Positions 1 to 10,325 of a DNA stretch of 61,380 nt are shown here, piece by piece. The DNA comes from Thermoanaerobaculia bacterium (GTDB lineage: Bacteria; Acidobacteriota; Thermoanaerobaculia; Multivoradales; SZUA-115): contig JBIOYC010000076.1 in the NCBI GenBank assembly GCA_044869955.1, positions 1-61,380 of the forward strand, written 5' to 3'. Numbering within the stretch: position 1 is the stretch's first letter; every line of letters starts with the position of its first letter. Below the pieces are notes generated by a model. It ran no database searches, had not been told where the DNA came from, and was given only the letters and a program-made list of their open reading frames with translations. The translations under genes were made by a program, and so were the position numbers.

Positions 1-666
1 CCGCGGTCCCGTTGCCCGGCCTGTGGCCAAGCGATCCGCCCCTGGGACAACGTGCCGGTGCTCTCCTACCTGCTGCTGGGGGGCCGCTGCCGTGGCTGCC
101 GGGCACGAATTTCCTGGCGCTACCCGCTGGTAGAGCTGGCCACCGGCGTCCTCTTCCTCGCCTCGCTGCTGGTCTTCGGGCCGACGATCTCGGCCGCAGC
201 CGCGGCCGTCTTCTGCGCCCTGTCCCTCGCCCTCGCCCTGATCGACGTCGAGCATTTCCTGCTGCCGGACAAATTGACCCTGCCGGGAATCGTCCTCGGT
301 CTCGCCTTTTCGTCCTTCGTCAGCTGGACCAACCTGCGGGACTCGCTGCTCGGCGCCGGCGTCGGTGCCGGCGTGCTGCTCGCCCTCTACTGGGGCTGGT
401 TGTGGCTGCGACGGGAGGAAGGAATGGGTCTGGGGGACGTCAAGATGATCGCCCTGCAAGGAGCCTTCCTCGGCTGGAAGGGCATGCTCCTCACCCTCCT
501 GCTCGGTGCCCTCTCGGGCTCGGTGGTGGGGCTCGCCCTGCTCCGTCGCCAGAGCGAGGGCCTCAAGACCCGGCTGCCCTTCGGCACCTTCCTGGCGCTG
601 GGCGGGCTCGCCGCCCTCTTCGTCGGCCGCCCGATCATCGCCTGGTACGCCGGTTTCTTCGAGTAG
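1..666 (+). CDS. pilD: Prepilin peptidase/N-methyltransferase, 5'-truncated by the window
   Basis: Frame is open from base 1 (PRSRCPACG...GRCRGC, two CxxC Zn motifs). Also RISWRYPLVEL, IDVEHFLLPD, GMGLGDVK (catalytic Asp) and LPFGTFLA. Confidence 0.95.
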   Translation, partial: PRSRCPACGQAIRPWDNVPVLSYLLLGGRCRGCRARISWRYPLVELATGVLFLASLLVFGPTISAAAAAVFCALSLALALIDVEHFLLPDKLTLPGIVLGLAFSSFVSWTNLRDSLLGAGVGAGVLLALYWGWLWLRREEGMGLGDVKMIALQGAFLGWKGMLLTLLLGALSGSVVGLALLRRQSEGLKTRLPFGTFLALGGLAALFVGRPIIAWYAGFFE

Positions 667-669
667 CCG

Positions 670-2085
670 ATGAGCGCGCGCCCTTCCCGCAGGTTCGAGC
701 CGATCGGCTTGCGGCGGGAGGTGGCGATTTTGCTGCCGACCTCCCTGGTGCTCCTCGTGGCGCTCTCCGCTTATACCCTCTGGGCGTACCACACCAGCCT
801 CAGGGCCCTGGCCGAGGAGGAGCGGGAACGGGCCGCCCGCCTCGCCTCGCAGCTCGCGGCCCAGCTTTCCCTGGCGGGCTCGGGCCTCGAGATCGGTCTC
901 GAGGGTCTCGCCGGCGGAGCTCTCGGCGCGGCCCTGGTGCGACCCGACGGTACGGCCTCGAGCCAGCTCGGCGACCTCGCCGGGGGTCCCCTGACACCGC
1001 TCGCCGGCGAGCTACCCACCCGGCCCGTCGCCGTGGGCCCCAACGCGGAGGTGGGCGACCGGCTGATCGCCTACGCGCCCCTGCGGCGCCGAGAGGAGAC
1101 GCTGCTGGTGCGTCTCGACTTGCCCGCTGCCTCCCTCGCCGGCGAGCAGCGTCGACTGGCTCGGCTCGCCCCCCTCGTGCTCGCGGTCGACGTCGGCCTC
1201 CTCGCCCTGCTGATGCTCTTCCTGCGCCATGCCTTCTCGCCCTTCGAGCGCCTGCTGGATCGCGTTCGGACGGTGCAGGGCCCCGGTGAGCCCAAGCAGG
1301 ACGAGGTCGCCTTCCTGGTCGGGACCTTCGAGAAGGCGCTCGCCGCCCTCGCTCGGGAAGGCGCGGCAGGGGACCCGTCGGATCTGGCCGCGGCGCGGCG
1401 CCGGGAGGTCTCTGAGCGCCTGGCCCAGGGCCTGGCGCAGCTCGGAGAGATGGCCGCGGGAGTCGCGCACGAGCTTCGCAACAGCGTCGCCACTCTCTCC
1501 GGCTACCTCTCGCTGATCGAGAGAAACCAGGGCCGGGAGTCGATCGAGGACTACCTCACGGAGATCCGCCACGAGGTCGCTCATCTGTCCCGGGTGGTGT
1601 CCGACTTCCTGGCCTTCGCCCGGCCCGGTACGGCTCGGGCCGAGCGGGTCGACCTGGCGGCCCTGGCACGCCGGATCGCCGCCGATCCGGCTCTCGGCGA
1701 GGCGACGATTACCGTCGGGGCACCAGCCGGCCGGGTCGAGCTCGAGGGCGACTCACAACTGCTCGAGAGGGCGCTCAAGAACCTGCTCGCCAACGCCGTC
1801 GAGGCCGACCGGCGAGCCGGCGGAGCCGGTCGCGCTGAGCTCACCGTGCGGCCGACGGAAGCGGGCATCGAGCTGACCGTGGCCGACCGCGGCCCGGGCG
1901 TTCCGGCCGCGATCCGCGATCGGCTGTTCCAGCCCTTCGTGAGCGGGCGACCCGACGGCGTTGGCCTCGGCTTGGCCCTGGCCTGGCGGGTGATCCAGCT
2001 CCACGGCGGCTCTCTCGCTCTCGACGATCGCCCCGGGGGTGGCACGGTAGCGACCGCCTTCTTCCCTGTTGGCGTTTCTGAGTAG
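670..2085 (+). CDS. Membrane sensor histidine kinase (NtrB/PilS-like)
   Basis: Two TM segments, H-box AHELRNS, N-box NLLANAVEA, G1 DRGPG, F-box LFQPF, G2 GVGLGL. Confidence 0.93.
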   Translation: MSARPSRRFEPIGLRREVAILLPTSLVLLVALSAYTLWAYHTSLRALAEEERERAARLASQLAAQLSLAGSGLEIGLEGLAGGALGAALVRPDGTASSQLGDLAGGPLTPLAGELPTRPVAVGPNAEVGDRLIAYAPLRRREETLLVRLDLPAASLAGEQRRLARLAPLVLAVDVGLLALLMLFLRHAFSPFERLLDRVRTVQGPGEPKQDEVAFLVGTFEKALAALAREGAAGDPSDLAAARRREVSERLAQGLAQLGEMAAGVAHELRNSVATLSGYLSLIERNQGRESIEDYLTEIRHEVAHLSRVVSDFLAFARPGTARAERVDLAALARRIAADPALGEATITVGAPAGRVELEGDSQLLERALKNLLANAVEADRRAGGAGRAELTVRPTEAGIELTVADRGPGVPAAIRDRLFQPFVSGRPDGVGLGLALAWRVIQLHGGSLALDDRPGGGTVATAFFPVGVSE

Positions 2086-2091
2086 AAACGC
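2072..2091. promoter_or_regulatory. Perfect inverted repeat GCGTTTCT-GAGT-AGAAACGC; candidate sigma54 enhancer (UAS)
   Basis: 8-bp arms with a 4-bp spacer, about 125-145 bp upstream of the -24/-12 element at 2215. No U-tract follows it. Confidence 0.4.
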
Positions 2092-2214
2092 TACGCCCGC
2101 GCTCCTTCGTTGCGGCCGACTGCAGCTACCGCGGTCCATCGGCACTTCTGTCCAGATGCTCGAAGCTCTTACCCTGCTGTAACTTACCGCCTCGGTCAAG
2201 GACCAGGACGCCGC

Positions 2215-2230
2215 TGGTATCCGCCTTGCT
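2215..2230 (+). promoter_or_regulatory. sigma54 -24/-12 promoter of the minor pilin operon
   Basis: TGGTAT-CCGCC-TTGCT versus consensus TGGCAC-N5-TTGCW, 15 nt upstream of the first pilin ATG. Confidence 0.75.
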
Positions 2231-2245
2231 CTATACGAGCCCACC

Positions 2246-2929
2246 ATGACTAGAGCCCGCAGGTCGTCGCCGGAGACCGGCTACTCGCTGATGGAAGTGC
2301 TGGTCGTCGTTGCCCTCATCTCGCTCTTCGCCACCCTCAGCATCTCCAACCTGTCCGGCGCCCTGAAGCGCGCGAAGTTGCTGTCTGCCAGCCAGGAGAC
2401 GGCGGCGATCTTCCGCCTCGCTCGACTCGAGGCGATCAAGCGCAGCGTGCCCACGGTGGTGGAGTTCGACTTCGAGGCCCGCCAGATCCGGGCCTGGACC
2501 GACATCGTCGACGACGCCGGGGACCCGGTCTCGAACCTGACGTACGACCCCGATCCCGGCGCGCCGTCCGGCACGGCGGACTACCTGATCAAGCAGGTCT
2601 TCATCGAGGGCAACGTCGAGTTCTGGGGAGCCACCGACGCGAACCCCCGAGAGGTCGAGGCGGTGGTGGGTCTGACCGACCTGCCCGACAATGCCATCAA
2701 CGGAGTGGTCTTCAACCCCGACGGCTCGGCTCGCGCCCCGGGCGCCGTGCGCTTCGCCGATGGGCCGGGAGCCAACTTCGTGGAGGTGTTCGTGTCCCCG
2801 GTCGCCACCGGCCGGGTCCAGATCCGCAAGTACAACCCCGCTCTTCCGATCAACCCGGAAGACGGTACTTTCTACTTCAACCAGGGCCCCCACCCGACTA
2901 CCGGGGAACAGGCCTGGGAGTGGAACTAG
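2246..2929 (+). CDS. Type IV minor pilin, FimT/FimU (GspH)-like
   Basis: Class III signal G|YSLMEVLVVVALI with E5; LARLEAIKR; VVFNPDGS. Confidence 0.85.
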   Translation: MTRARRSSPETGYSLMEVLVVVALISLFATLSISNLSGALKRAKLLSASQETAAIFRLARLEAIKRSVPTVVEFDFEARQIRAWTDIVDDAGDPVSNLTYDPDPGAPSGTADYLIKQVFIEGNVEFWGATDANPREVEAVVGLTDLPDNAINGVVFNPDGSARAPGAVRFADGPGANFVEVFVSPVATGRVQIRKYNPALPINPEDGTFYFNQGPHPTTGEQAWEWN

Positions 2930-2931
2930 TG

Positions 2932-3486
2932 ATGGATCCCAGCCCACGGAAGCACCCCGCCTCGGCGCCAGGCTCGAACCTGCGAGACCGTCGCCGTGAT
3001 ACCGGCTTCTCGATCCTCGAGGTGCTGATCGCGTCCGCCCTCTTCCTCGTCATCTCGCTGAGCATCGCCGGCCTCTACGCCCAATCGGCGGTCAGCAACT
3101 TCAAGGGTGGGGACTCGACACGCCTGGCCAACCTCGGCAAGACGGCCGTCGAGGAGCTGCTCTACGCGCCCTTCGACTCGACCGCGCTGACCGTGCCGGC
3201 CGGCGCGACGGAGGCGAGCGTCACCCAGTACTGGCAGGAGTCGACGCACACCTTCGTCACCACCGCCCCGGCGCCCGGCACTCACACGAAGTTCAGGCGT
3301 GTGCTCAGCGTGCGCTACTGCGGCATCGGCGACCTGGATGACAACGGCCGCTGCGACACCCCGCTGCAAGGCGATTCGGACCCTGGGCTGGTGCACCTCA
3401 AGGAGATCCGGGTCGAGCTGCGCAGCTCTCCCGATGGCCTGCTGGGTGGCCAGCGCATGCAGCTGGTGACCTTCAAACCCTTCTGA
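2932..3486 (+). CDS. Type IV minor pilin, PilV-like
   Basis: G|FSILEVLIASALF with E5; second gene in the cluster; ATG 2932 follows the upstream stop. Confidence 0.8.
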   Translation: MDPSPRKHPASAPGSNLRDRRRDTGFSILEVLIASALFLVISLSIAGLYAQSAVSNFKGGDSTRLANLGKTAVEELLYAPFDSTALTVPAGATEASVTQYWQESTHTFVTTAPAPGTHTKFRRVLSVRYCGIGDLDDNGRCDTPLQGDSDPGLVHLKEIRVELRSSPDGLLGGQRMQLVTFKPF

Positions 3487-3501
3487 CGCGCGGAGACCGC
3501 A

Positions 3502-4788
3502 ATGAAGATCCTTCGGCCGACCCTTTCCCTGCCCGCTCGCCGCGGTGAGCGCGGCTACAGCCTCGGCGAGCTGGTGGTCTCCATGACCGCGTCGCTGGTG
3601 CTGATCCTCGGCGTGCTCGGCGTCTTCGAGATGAGCTCGCGCATGGCCAAGGTGCAGAGCGACCTCGCCGACGCCCAACAGTCCCTGCGCGCCGGCCAGC
3701 ATGAGCTGGTGCGCATGTCCCGCATGGCCGGGCGTGGCAGCCTCGGCGTGGGCGTGATCCCCGCCGGACGGGCCGTCGCCGTGCGCAACAACGCGGCCGA
3801 GGAGGAGTACATCAGCCCCGGCGACGACGATACTCCCGGCGTGCTCGAAGGCACCGACGTCGTCACCTTGCGCGGTGTCTTCAACACCTCGCTCTTGCAG
3901 ATCCAGTGGGCCATCCCCAATACGGTGGTCTTCAACCCCTCCGTCGCGGCACCGACCGACGGCGTGATCCGGGTGCGCAACCTGGCGGTGGCGACGCTGC
4001 CGGCAGGAGCAGAGGTCGGTTCCGCCGGAGCCGTTCCCCAGGACCTCACGCCCCTGATCCAGGCGATCAACCTGGGCCGTCCCGAGGCGCTGGTCATGGT
4101 CTCCGCCACCAACCCCGACAATTTCGCCGTCGTCGAGCTCGACCCGGCAAACTCCAGCGCCACCAACCCCGCCGAGGTGGTGGTCGCCTTCCGCGTCACG
4201 GGCGGTACCTACACGGACGACTACTACCGGCGCCTGATGCCCGGCGACGCTTACCCGGCCACCTTCGGCATGCCGGCGTATCTGGGCATCCTGGAGGAGT
4301 ACCGCTACTACGTACGGGAGCTGCGGGTGGACGCCGAGCTGATGCCCACCCTTGTACGGGCCCGTACCTATCCCAACACCCAGATCCCCTACGCCAACCA
4401 GGTCGCCAACTGGTCGATCGAGCTGGCCGAGAACGTCTTCGACCTCCAGGCAGTGTTTGGCTTCGACAGCAACCTGGACGGTTCGGTGGTCGACTTGAAC
4501 CCGCCTGATCCCACACCAGGCGACCCCAGCCCGGCCGACGGCGACGAGCTGCTCTACGACCACCCGAACGACGACGACACCCTGCCCGTCTGGGCCAGCG
4601 GCCAGCTCGGCTGGCTGCGGCTGACCACCGTCTCCCGAACCGATCGGACCGACAACACCTACCAGGCGCCGCAGCTGCTCCTGGTCGAAGACCACGATTA
4701 CGCGGGGTCCGAGCTGAACAACGACAGGAACCGTCGCCACCGCCAGCGGATCGTCACCACCAACGTCGAGCTGAGGAACGTGTTCTGA
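3502..4788 (+). CDS. Type IV minor pilin, PilW-like
   Basis: G|YSLGELVVSM with E5; DAQQSLR...RMAG; LAENVFDLQ; C-terminal VELRN. Confidence 0.85.
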   Translation: MKILRPTLSLPARRGERGYSLGELVVSMTASLVLILGVLGVFEMSSRMAKVQSDLADAQQSLRAGQHELVRMSRMAGRGSLGVGVIPAGRAVAVRNNAAEEEYISPGDDDTPGVLEGTDVVTLRGVFNTSLLQIQWAIPNTVVFNPSVAAPTDGVIRVRNLAVATLPAGAEVGSAGAVPQDLTPLIQAINLGRPEALVMVSATNPDNFAVVELDPANSSATNPAEVVVAFRVTGGTYTDDYYRRLMPGDAYPATFGMPAYLGILEEYRYYVRELRVDAELMPTLVRARTYPNTQIPYANQVANWSIELAENVFDLQAVFGFDSNLDGSVVDLNPPDPTPGDPSPADGDELLYDHPNDDDTLPVWASGQLGWLRLTTVSRTDRTDNTYQAPQLLLVEDHDYAGSELNNDRNRRHRQRIVTTNVELRNVF

Positions 4789-5363
4789 TGAGCGCGCCAA
4801 ACCACAACCGCAAAGAGCAGGGCAGCGCCTACCTGATCGCCCTCCTGGGCCTGATGGTGCTGACCATCGTCGGTATTACCCTGGCCTCCGTCACCACCAC
4901 CGAGATGGAGATCGGCCTGAACGAGCGGCAGGCCACGCGTGCGTTCTACTCGGCCGAGGCCGGCATCGGCGTAGCCATCGCCCGTTCGCTCGTGCAGGGC
5001 GGTCAGCTGGCCAGCCAGCAGTTCACCCTCAGCCAGGATCGCCAGATCACCGGCGTCACCAGCTCGGTCAACCGCTCCTACGTGGTGGACGTCTCACCCT
5101 TCTTCCCGGTCCAGGTCGAGAACTGCAACTGGTGCCCGGACGGCGGCCGATTCTCGGGTGAGGCCAGCTATTCGCGGGTCAACTTCGCGGTCTCCGCCAC
5201 CTCCCAGGAGCGCACCTGGCAAGGCACTGAAGAGACCCCGCCCGCTGACGCCAACGTACGGTCCCAGAAAACCATTGCGACCATGTTCGAAGCGACGCCG
5301 ATCGTTCCCCTGTGGGAGTCGCTGCCCACCGACGCCGACCAGCTGGCGAAGGTCAAGTTCTAG
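4788..5363 (+). CDS. Type IV minor pilin, PilX-like
   Basis: EQG|SAYLIALL lacks E5, as is typical of PilX/GspK; RAFYSAEAGI motif; TGATG overlap with the previous gene. Confidence 0.85.
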   Translation: MSAPNHNRKEQGSAYLIALLGLMVLTIVGITLASVTTTEMEIGLNERQATRAFYSAEAGIGVAIARSLVQGGQLASQQFTLSQDRQITGVTSSVNRSYVVDVSPFFPVQVENCNWCPDGGRFSGEASYSRVNFAVSATSQERTWQGTEETPPADANVRSQKTIATMFEATPIVPLWESLPTDADQLAKVKF

Positions 5364-5381
5364 AGGAGTGGGAGACAGACC

Positions 5382-8300
5382 ATGACGACCAAGCGAACCA
5401 ATCTCTCCCAGCTCCTCGCCCGCACTGGCGGGGCCCTGACGCTCGCGGTGCTCGCGCTCTGGCCGGCGGCGGCCGACGATCGCCAGCTGCTGCGCACCTC
5501 CTCGGGCAACCCTTACGTGTTCTTCCTGCTCGACACCTCGGGCTCGATGAACTGGTCGCCACCCTGCACCGCCACCCAGGCCGCCAACGACCTCGAGCCC
5601 GGCGACAGCGGCTGCACCCGTGCCTGTAACTTCGGCGATCTCTGCGACGCGCTCTGCCCGGACGTGGGCTGCACCGAGCGCGACAGCGGCGGCGCCTGCA
5701 TCTCGACCGGCCACGTCTGCATCCAGCCGATCTGCGCCAGCCGAGACTGCTTCGTGGCGAACAACGCCGACGACCCTTCCTCGAAGTTTTTCCAGGCCAA
5801 GGAAGCCCTCTACGAGGTGCTCCAGCAGGTCGACGACGTGAACTTTGGCTTCGCCACCTACAACCAGGACGGTCTCTACGCCGCCTCCAAGCACTGGCGC
5901 TATGCGGCCGACGAGCCGGGGCCGGTAGTACCGGGCTGGGGAGCCTTCCCGGCGACGGGAGAGGTCGACGTCTTCGGGCGCCAGTGGAACTGCGACAGCG
6001 GCAACGGCGACAACAACATCGGCTGCTATCCGAACAACGACAACCCGGCCGACCTCAACGACGCCTGGGAGCGGGCCCGGGTGGGCCGCCTCCCCAAAGG
6101 CGGTATCGACCTTTCCCAGACCCAGACCTTCTTCATCCGGAACAGCAACGTCGTCTACCGCGTGAGCTACGTCCGGGAATTCGGCACCCTGGGCGACGCC
6201 GAGATCGACGTGAGGATCAGGATCTGGCGCTGCAACGAGACCGGCAACACCACCGCGTGCGACTCGGGGGCGAACCGAACTCTGGTCGCGGAGAAAGTCG
6301 TCGAGTACGACCTGGTTTCGGAGTTCGTCTCCTGGGACAACGGCGTGGACCGAACGGCACCCCAGGACGGTTATTGGCCCCAGACCAATAACGGCGCGCC
6401 CTACGCCAGCGACTCCATCGCCGGCGGCACCTGCGCCGGCTGGGACCCCAACACCGACACCACCGCCGATCGCTTCAGTGGCTACAGCCTGCGGTTCCCC
6501 ACGGTCGCGGGTCCACCCGCCTTCACTCCGTACCTCGACGAGGGGGACGTCATCCCCCTTTCCTGGACCCAGGACAACAAGCAGAGGATCCTCCAACGGC
6601 TAGCTCCCAGCACCTCTGCCGGCGGAGACCCGGACTTCCGGCAGTCCTCCTACTTGCGCAACGTCCCCAACTCCGGCGAAAGCTTCCTACGGCTCAAGAA
6701 CGAAGGGCGCCGCCCGTTCATCGCCAACGGCTCGACACCCCTGGGCTTCGCCATCGCCGCCTTCCGCACCTGGTACGCCGGCTGCGAGCAGGGCTCCTGC
6801 CAGGGCCAGACGGGCTGGAAGGACATCGCCGAGGACAACGACCCGAGCTGGACCTGCCGGCGCAAATACCTGATCGTCGTCACCGACGGTGACGACACCT
6901 GCCCGGGTCGTGACCCCTGCTCGTTCACGGCCGCCCTGCGAGCCCAAGAGAACGTCTTCACCTACGTGGTGGCGTTCGGTGTCGAGAACACTTCCGGCAA
7001 CCGGCTGAACTGCATGGCCTCGAACGGCGGTACTGAGGCGCCGATCTACCCGCAGAACAAGGACGAGCTGGTGCAGGTGTTGACCGACATCTTCGGCGCC
7101 ATCAAGGAGGAGTCGCGAGCGTTCGCCTCCGCCGCCGTGCCGTCGGTGCAGGCCGAGGTCGAGGACAAGATCTTCCTCTCGAACTTCACGCCACTCAATG
7201 GCGAGTCGGTATGGGACGGTCACCTCAACGCATTCCTCAAGCCCCTGCCCCTGCTCAACAACCGTCCGGACGTGACCAAGGACTGCGCCACACTGCCCGC
7301 CGACGAGCAGGCCAGCTGCCACATCTGGGACGCCGGAGAGCAGCTCATCGAGCAGGCGCCGACGCCCGACGAGATCTTGGCCGACAACTACCGTCTGGGG
7401 CCTGCCGTGGACCAGCGCCGTGTCTTCTACTCCCGGGCGAAGAGCCCGGCCACGAACGCGACGCCCCAGGACCGGCAGTTCTTGGAGCATCCGACCAACG
7501 CCGCGCTTCGCCAGGACCTGTGGGACGCGCTCGGCCTCGCCTACGACCTCACCGACCTCACCACGAATGGCAGCACACCAGAGCTGAAGGCCACCGAGAT
7601 CATCGAGAAGACGCTGGTCGAGAAGACCGCCGACGTCGAGGACGCGGACGGCAACACCATCCCCATCACCTACGTGCTGGGCGACATCTTCCACTCCAAC
7701 CCGCGTGTCCTCGACAAACCGGGAGACTTCACCGCGTTTTCGGGCAACCTCCCCGAAGGCAACCCGTCGGGGACTCTCGACTGCAACACCAGCAAGGGTT
7801 ATCGCTGCTTCGCCCAGAAGCACAACCTCCGTCGCAAGATGGTCGTGGTGGGAGCCAATGACGGCATGCTCCACTTCTTCGACGCCGGCGTCTTCAATTC
7901 TTCGACCGAAAAGTTCAGCAACGGCACTGGTCGCGAGCTCATGGCGGTGCTCCCGCGCGCGGCGATGCCGGTCGTCACTGCCCTGGCCACCGGCACCACC
8001 CAGGTCTTCGCCATGGACGGCTCGCCGCGGGTGATCGACGCCTTCATCGATCCGAAGTGGGACAACACCACGCCACCCGATGAGGACGAGAGGGAGTGGC
8101 GCTCGGTGCTGATCGCCGGTATGCGTGAGGGTGGCCTCAAGAACACCGGCTCCCCCACCACGATCACTCTGGCCAACAACAAGCCCTTCACCAGCGGCTA
8201 CATCGCGCTCGACGTCACGCAGCCAGACAAGCTCAATGAGGACAACGAGCCAATCAACCAGAACGTGGTACCGACGTGTATCACCGAGTACAACGAGGAC

Positions 8301-9590
8301 GACTGCGGGCCGGTGCCCTACGGGGCAACCATCTGGGAATTCACCGACAGCGTCAACGGCTCGCCGGCGGAGTGGGGCCTGGCCCTCGACGAGGACGATA
8401 ACGGCCAGCCGGATCTCGGCTACACCTGGTCGGTGCCGGTGATCGGGCAGATCCCGGTGCTCAGCCTCGCTGGCGACCTCGAGAAGCGCTCGGTGGCGAT
8501 CTTCGGCGGTGGCCTCGACCCCACCAGCACCGCGAACCCCCAACGCGGCAACTGGCTCTACATCGTCGACATCGAGACCGGAGTGCCGATCTACAAGCGG
8601 TCGGTGCTGGGAGCAGTGCCGAGCAACGTCGCGGCGGTCGATCAGAACCGCGACACGCTGATCGATACGGTCTATTTCGGCACCACGGCGGGCTATCTCT
8701 ACAAGGTCGACCTTTCGACCTCCGGACAGCTGGCCGCCACCCAGGCGAGGGACGTCAACGACACGATGAACGACGTGGTCCGGGTGCTCGACACGGCTTG
8801 GTCACCGTTCATCGTCTTCGACACCGTGACCGGCGCCAGCACCCGGCGGCCGATCTTCTTCGCCCCCACGGTGGTCAACGTCACCCAGCTCTCCAGCTAC
8901 GGTCTCGCCTTCGGCACCGGTGACCGCAACGACCTGTGGAACTTCGAAACCGTGGAGGGTCGCTTCTACTTCATCGTCGACGAGAATTTCGTTGCCGGGA
9001 TGACACCACGGACGGAGGCCAACTACACCATTATCGACTCGGAGGCCGCGGCGGCCGGCAGCTCGGACTTCGTGATCAGCCCACTGCCCACCAAGAGCCG
9101 GGGCTGGGTGGTCACCCTCGATCCGGACGAGCGGGTGATCGCCCAGGCCTTCTCCCTCTCCGGCCTGACCATCTTCCCGACCTTCCAACCGCTGGTCGAG
9201 ACCGTTCCCGGTCCGAACGGCGAGGTGGCCTGCGCGCGGACCGGAGACAGCCGGGTGTTCATTGTGGCCAGCAACAACGGTGACGGCCTCCTACCGCCCC
9301 TCGACAACCCCACCGGCCCCACGGAGCGGGCGCTCCAGGTCGGTGAGGCCCTGGTCACGGCACCCTACGTGGAGCAGCGGGCGACCAAGAACCCCGGCGA
9401 CGACACGATCTCCCCGACCCGGATCGCCTGGGAGAAGGTCGTGCGGGACCGTCTGAAGAAGCTCTACCCGCCCAGGGCGCGCTTCGGCAACCTGAGCTGG
9501 GACGTCAGCTTCATCCGCTCGGACACCGGCGTGGTCGGCCCGATCCCGATTCCGATCGGCTTCGTCGTCAACAGCTGGAAGGAGTTCTGA
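5382..9590 (+). CDS. pilY1: PilY1/PilC-type pilus tip adhesin with an N-terminal vWA domain and a C-terminal beta-propeller
   Basis: Signal peptide; MIDAS elements LLDTSGSM, GSTPLG, VVTDG; propeller motifs LGDIFHSNP, VGANDGMLHFFDA, DLGYTWSVP, LAFGTG, GWVVTL; directly follows pilX. Confidence 0.9.
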   Translation: MTTKRTNLSQLLARTGGALTLAVLALWPAAADDRQLLRTSSGNPYVFFLLDTSGSMNWSPPCTATQAANDLEPGDSGCTRACNFGDLCDALCPDVGCTERDSGGACISTGHVCIQPICASRDCFVANNADDPSSKFFQAKEALYEVLQQVDDVNFGFATYNQDGLYAASKHWRYAADEPGPVVPGWGAFPATGEVDVFGRQWNCDSGNGDNNIGCYPNNDNPADLNDAWERARVGRLPKGGIDLSQTQTFFIRNSNVVYRVSYVREFGTLGDAEIDVRIRIWRCNETGNTTACDSGANRTLVAEKVVEYDLVSEFVSWDNGVDRTAPQDGYWPQTNNGAPYASDSIAGGTCAGWDPNTDTTADRFSGYSLRFPTVAGPPAFTPYLDEGDVIPLSWTQDNKQRILQRLAPSTSAGGDPDFRQSSYLRNVPNSGESFLRLKNEGRRPFIANGSTPLGFAIAAFRTWYAGCEQGSCQGQTGWKDIAEDNDPSWTCRRKYLIVVTDGDDTCPGRDPCSFTAALRAQENVFTYVVAFGVENTSGNRLNCMASNGGTEAPIYPQNKDELVQVLTDIFGAIKEESRAFASAAVPSVQAEVEDKIFLSNFTPLNGESVWDGHLNAFLKPLPLLNNRPDVTKDCATLPADEQASCHIWDAGEQLIEQAPTPDEILADNYRLGPAVDQRRVFYSRAKSPATNATPQDRQFLEHPTNAALRQDLWDALGLAYDLTDLTTNGSTPELKATEIIEKTLVEKTADVEDADGNTIPITYVLGDIFHSNPRVLDKPGDFTAFSGNLPEGNPSGTLDCNTSKGYRCFAQKHNLRRKMVVVGANDGMLHFFDAGVFNSSTEKFSNGTGRELMAVLPRAAMPVVTALATGTTQVFAMDGSPRVIDAFIDPKWDNTTPPDEDEREWRSVLIAGMREGGLKNTGSPTTITLANNKPFTSGYIALDVTQPDKLNEDNEPINQNVVPTCITEYNEDDCGPVPYGATIWEFTDSVNGSPAEWGLALDEDDNGQPDLGYTWSVPVIGQIPVLSLAGDLEKRSVAIFGGGLDPTSTANPQRGNWLYIVDIETGVPIYKRSVLGAVPSNVAAVDQNRDTLIDTVYFGTTAGYLYKVDLSTSGQLAATQARDVNDTMNDVVRVLDTAWSPFIVFDTVTGASTRRPIFFAPTVVNVTQLSSYGLAFGTGDRNDLWNFETVEGRFYFIVDENFVAGMTPRTEANYTIIDSEAAAAGSSDFVISPLPTKSRGWVVTLDPDERVIAQAFSLSGLTIFPTFQPLVETVPGPNGEVACARTGDSRVFIVASNNGDGLLPPLDNPTGPTERALQVGEALVTAPYVEQRATKNPGDDTISPTRIAWEKVVRDRLKKLYPPRARFGNLSWDVSFIRSDTGVVGPIPIPIGFVVNSWKEF

Positions 9591-9592
9591 GC

Positions 9593-10300
9593 GTGAGGTC
9601 GCGACGACTCTGGGCGGGAGGGGGGCTGCTGCTGGCGCTGGCCGGAGCAGCCCCGGTTTTCGGGGACTGGCTGGTCACCCAGCGCGGCGAGCGCATCGAG
9701 ACGGTCGGTCCCTGGGAAGTACGCGGCAAGCTGGTGGTGTTCACTCAGACCAATGGCACGCTGGCCTCGATGCGGCTCTCCGAGGTCGATCTCGAGGCCA
9801 GTCGCGGCGAGACCGAGCGGGCCAAGAGCCCGCCCCCGGCACCCCCTCCGCCACCACCGAAGAAGGCGGTGCTGGTGCTCACGGACGCAGACGTGAAGAA
9901 GTCCGCGCCGCCCGCGGCCGCACCGAGCGGCGCCGAGGCCGCAGCCCCCAAGCCTGCCGGGACCGTCACGGAGGATTTGGTGGTGGTCTCCTGGCAGGAG
10001 ATCGAGGGCAGCGGCGAGCTCGAGCTGCAGCTGATGGGTGAGCTGCGCAACAAGGCCAGCGACGTGATCTCGGACGTCAAGCTCACGGTGCGCTTGCTCG
10101 ACTCCCAGGGCGGGGTGCTCGCCACCACCGAAGCGATGATCCCGGACGACGCCCTGGGCCCGGGCAAGAGCACCCGCTTCCGCGCCGTCTTCGGCAACAT
10201 CTTCGCCTACGACTCGGTGGCCTTCGAGGCGCGCGGCGGAGAACGTTTCCGCGCCGCCGTACCGAGGCCGGCTCCGACCGACGAGGAGCAGGAAGGCTGA
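9593..10300 (+). CDS. Exported protein with a Pro-rich linker and a C-terminal FxLYD-like Ig domain
   Basis: Signal peptide; PPPAPPPPPP; GELRN...VKLTVRLLDSQG...LGPGKSTRF; GTG start 2 nt after the pilY1 stop. Confidence 0.65.
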   Translation: MRSRRLWAGGGLLLALAGAAPVFGDWLVTQRGERIETVGPWEVRGKLVVFTQTNGTLASMRLSEVDLEASRGETERAKSPPPAPPPPPPKKAVLVLTDADVKKSAPPAAAPSGAEAAAPKPAGTVTEDLVVVSWQEIEGSGELELQLMGELRNKASDVISDVKLTVRLLDSQGGVLATTEAMIPDDALGPGKSTRFRAVFGNIFAYDSVAFEARGGERFRAAVPRPAPTDEEQEG

Positions 10301-10325
10301 TGCCCAGGTGGCGGCTGGGGCGCCG

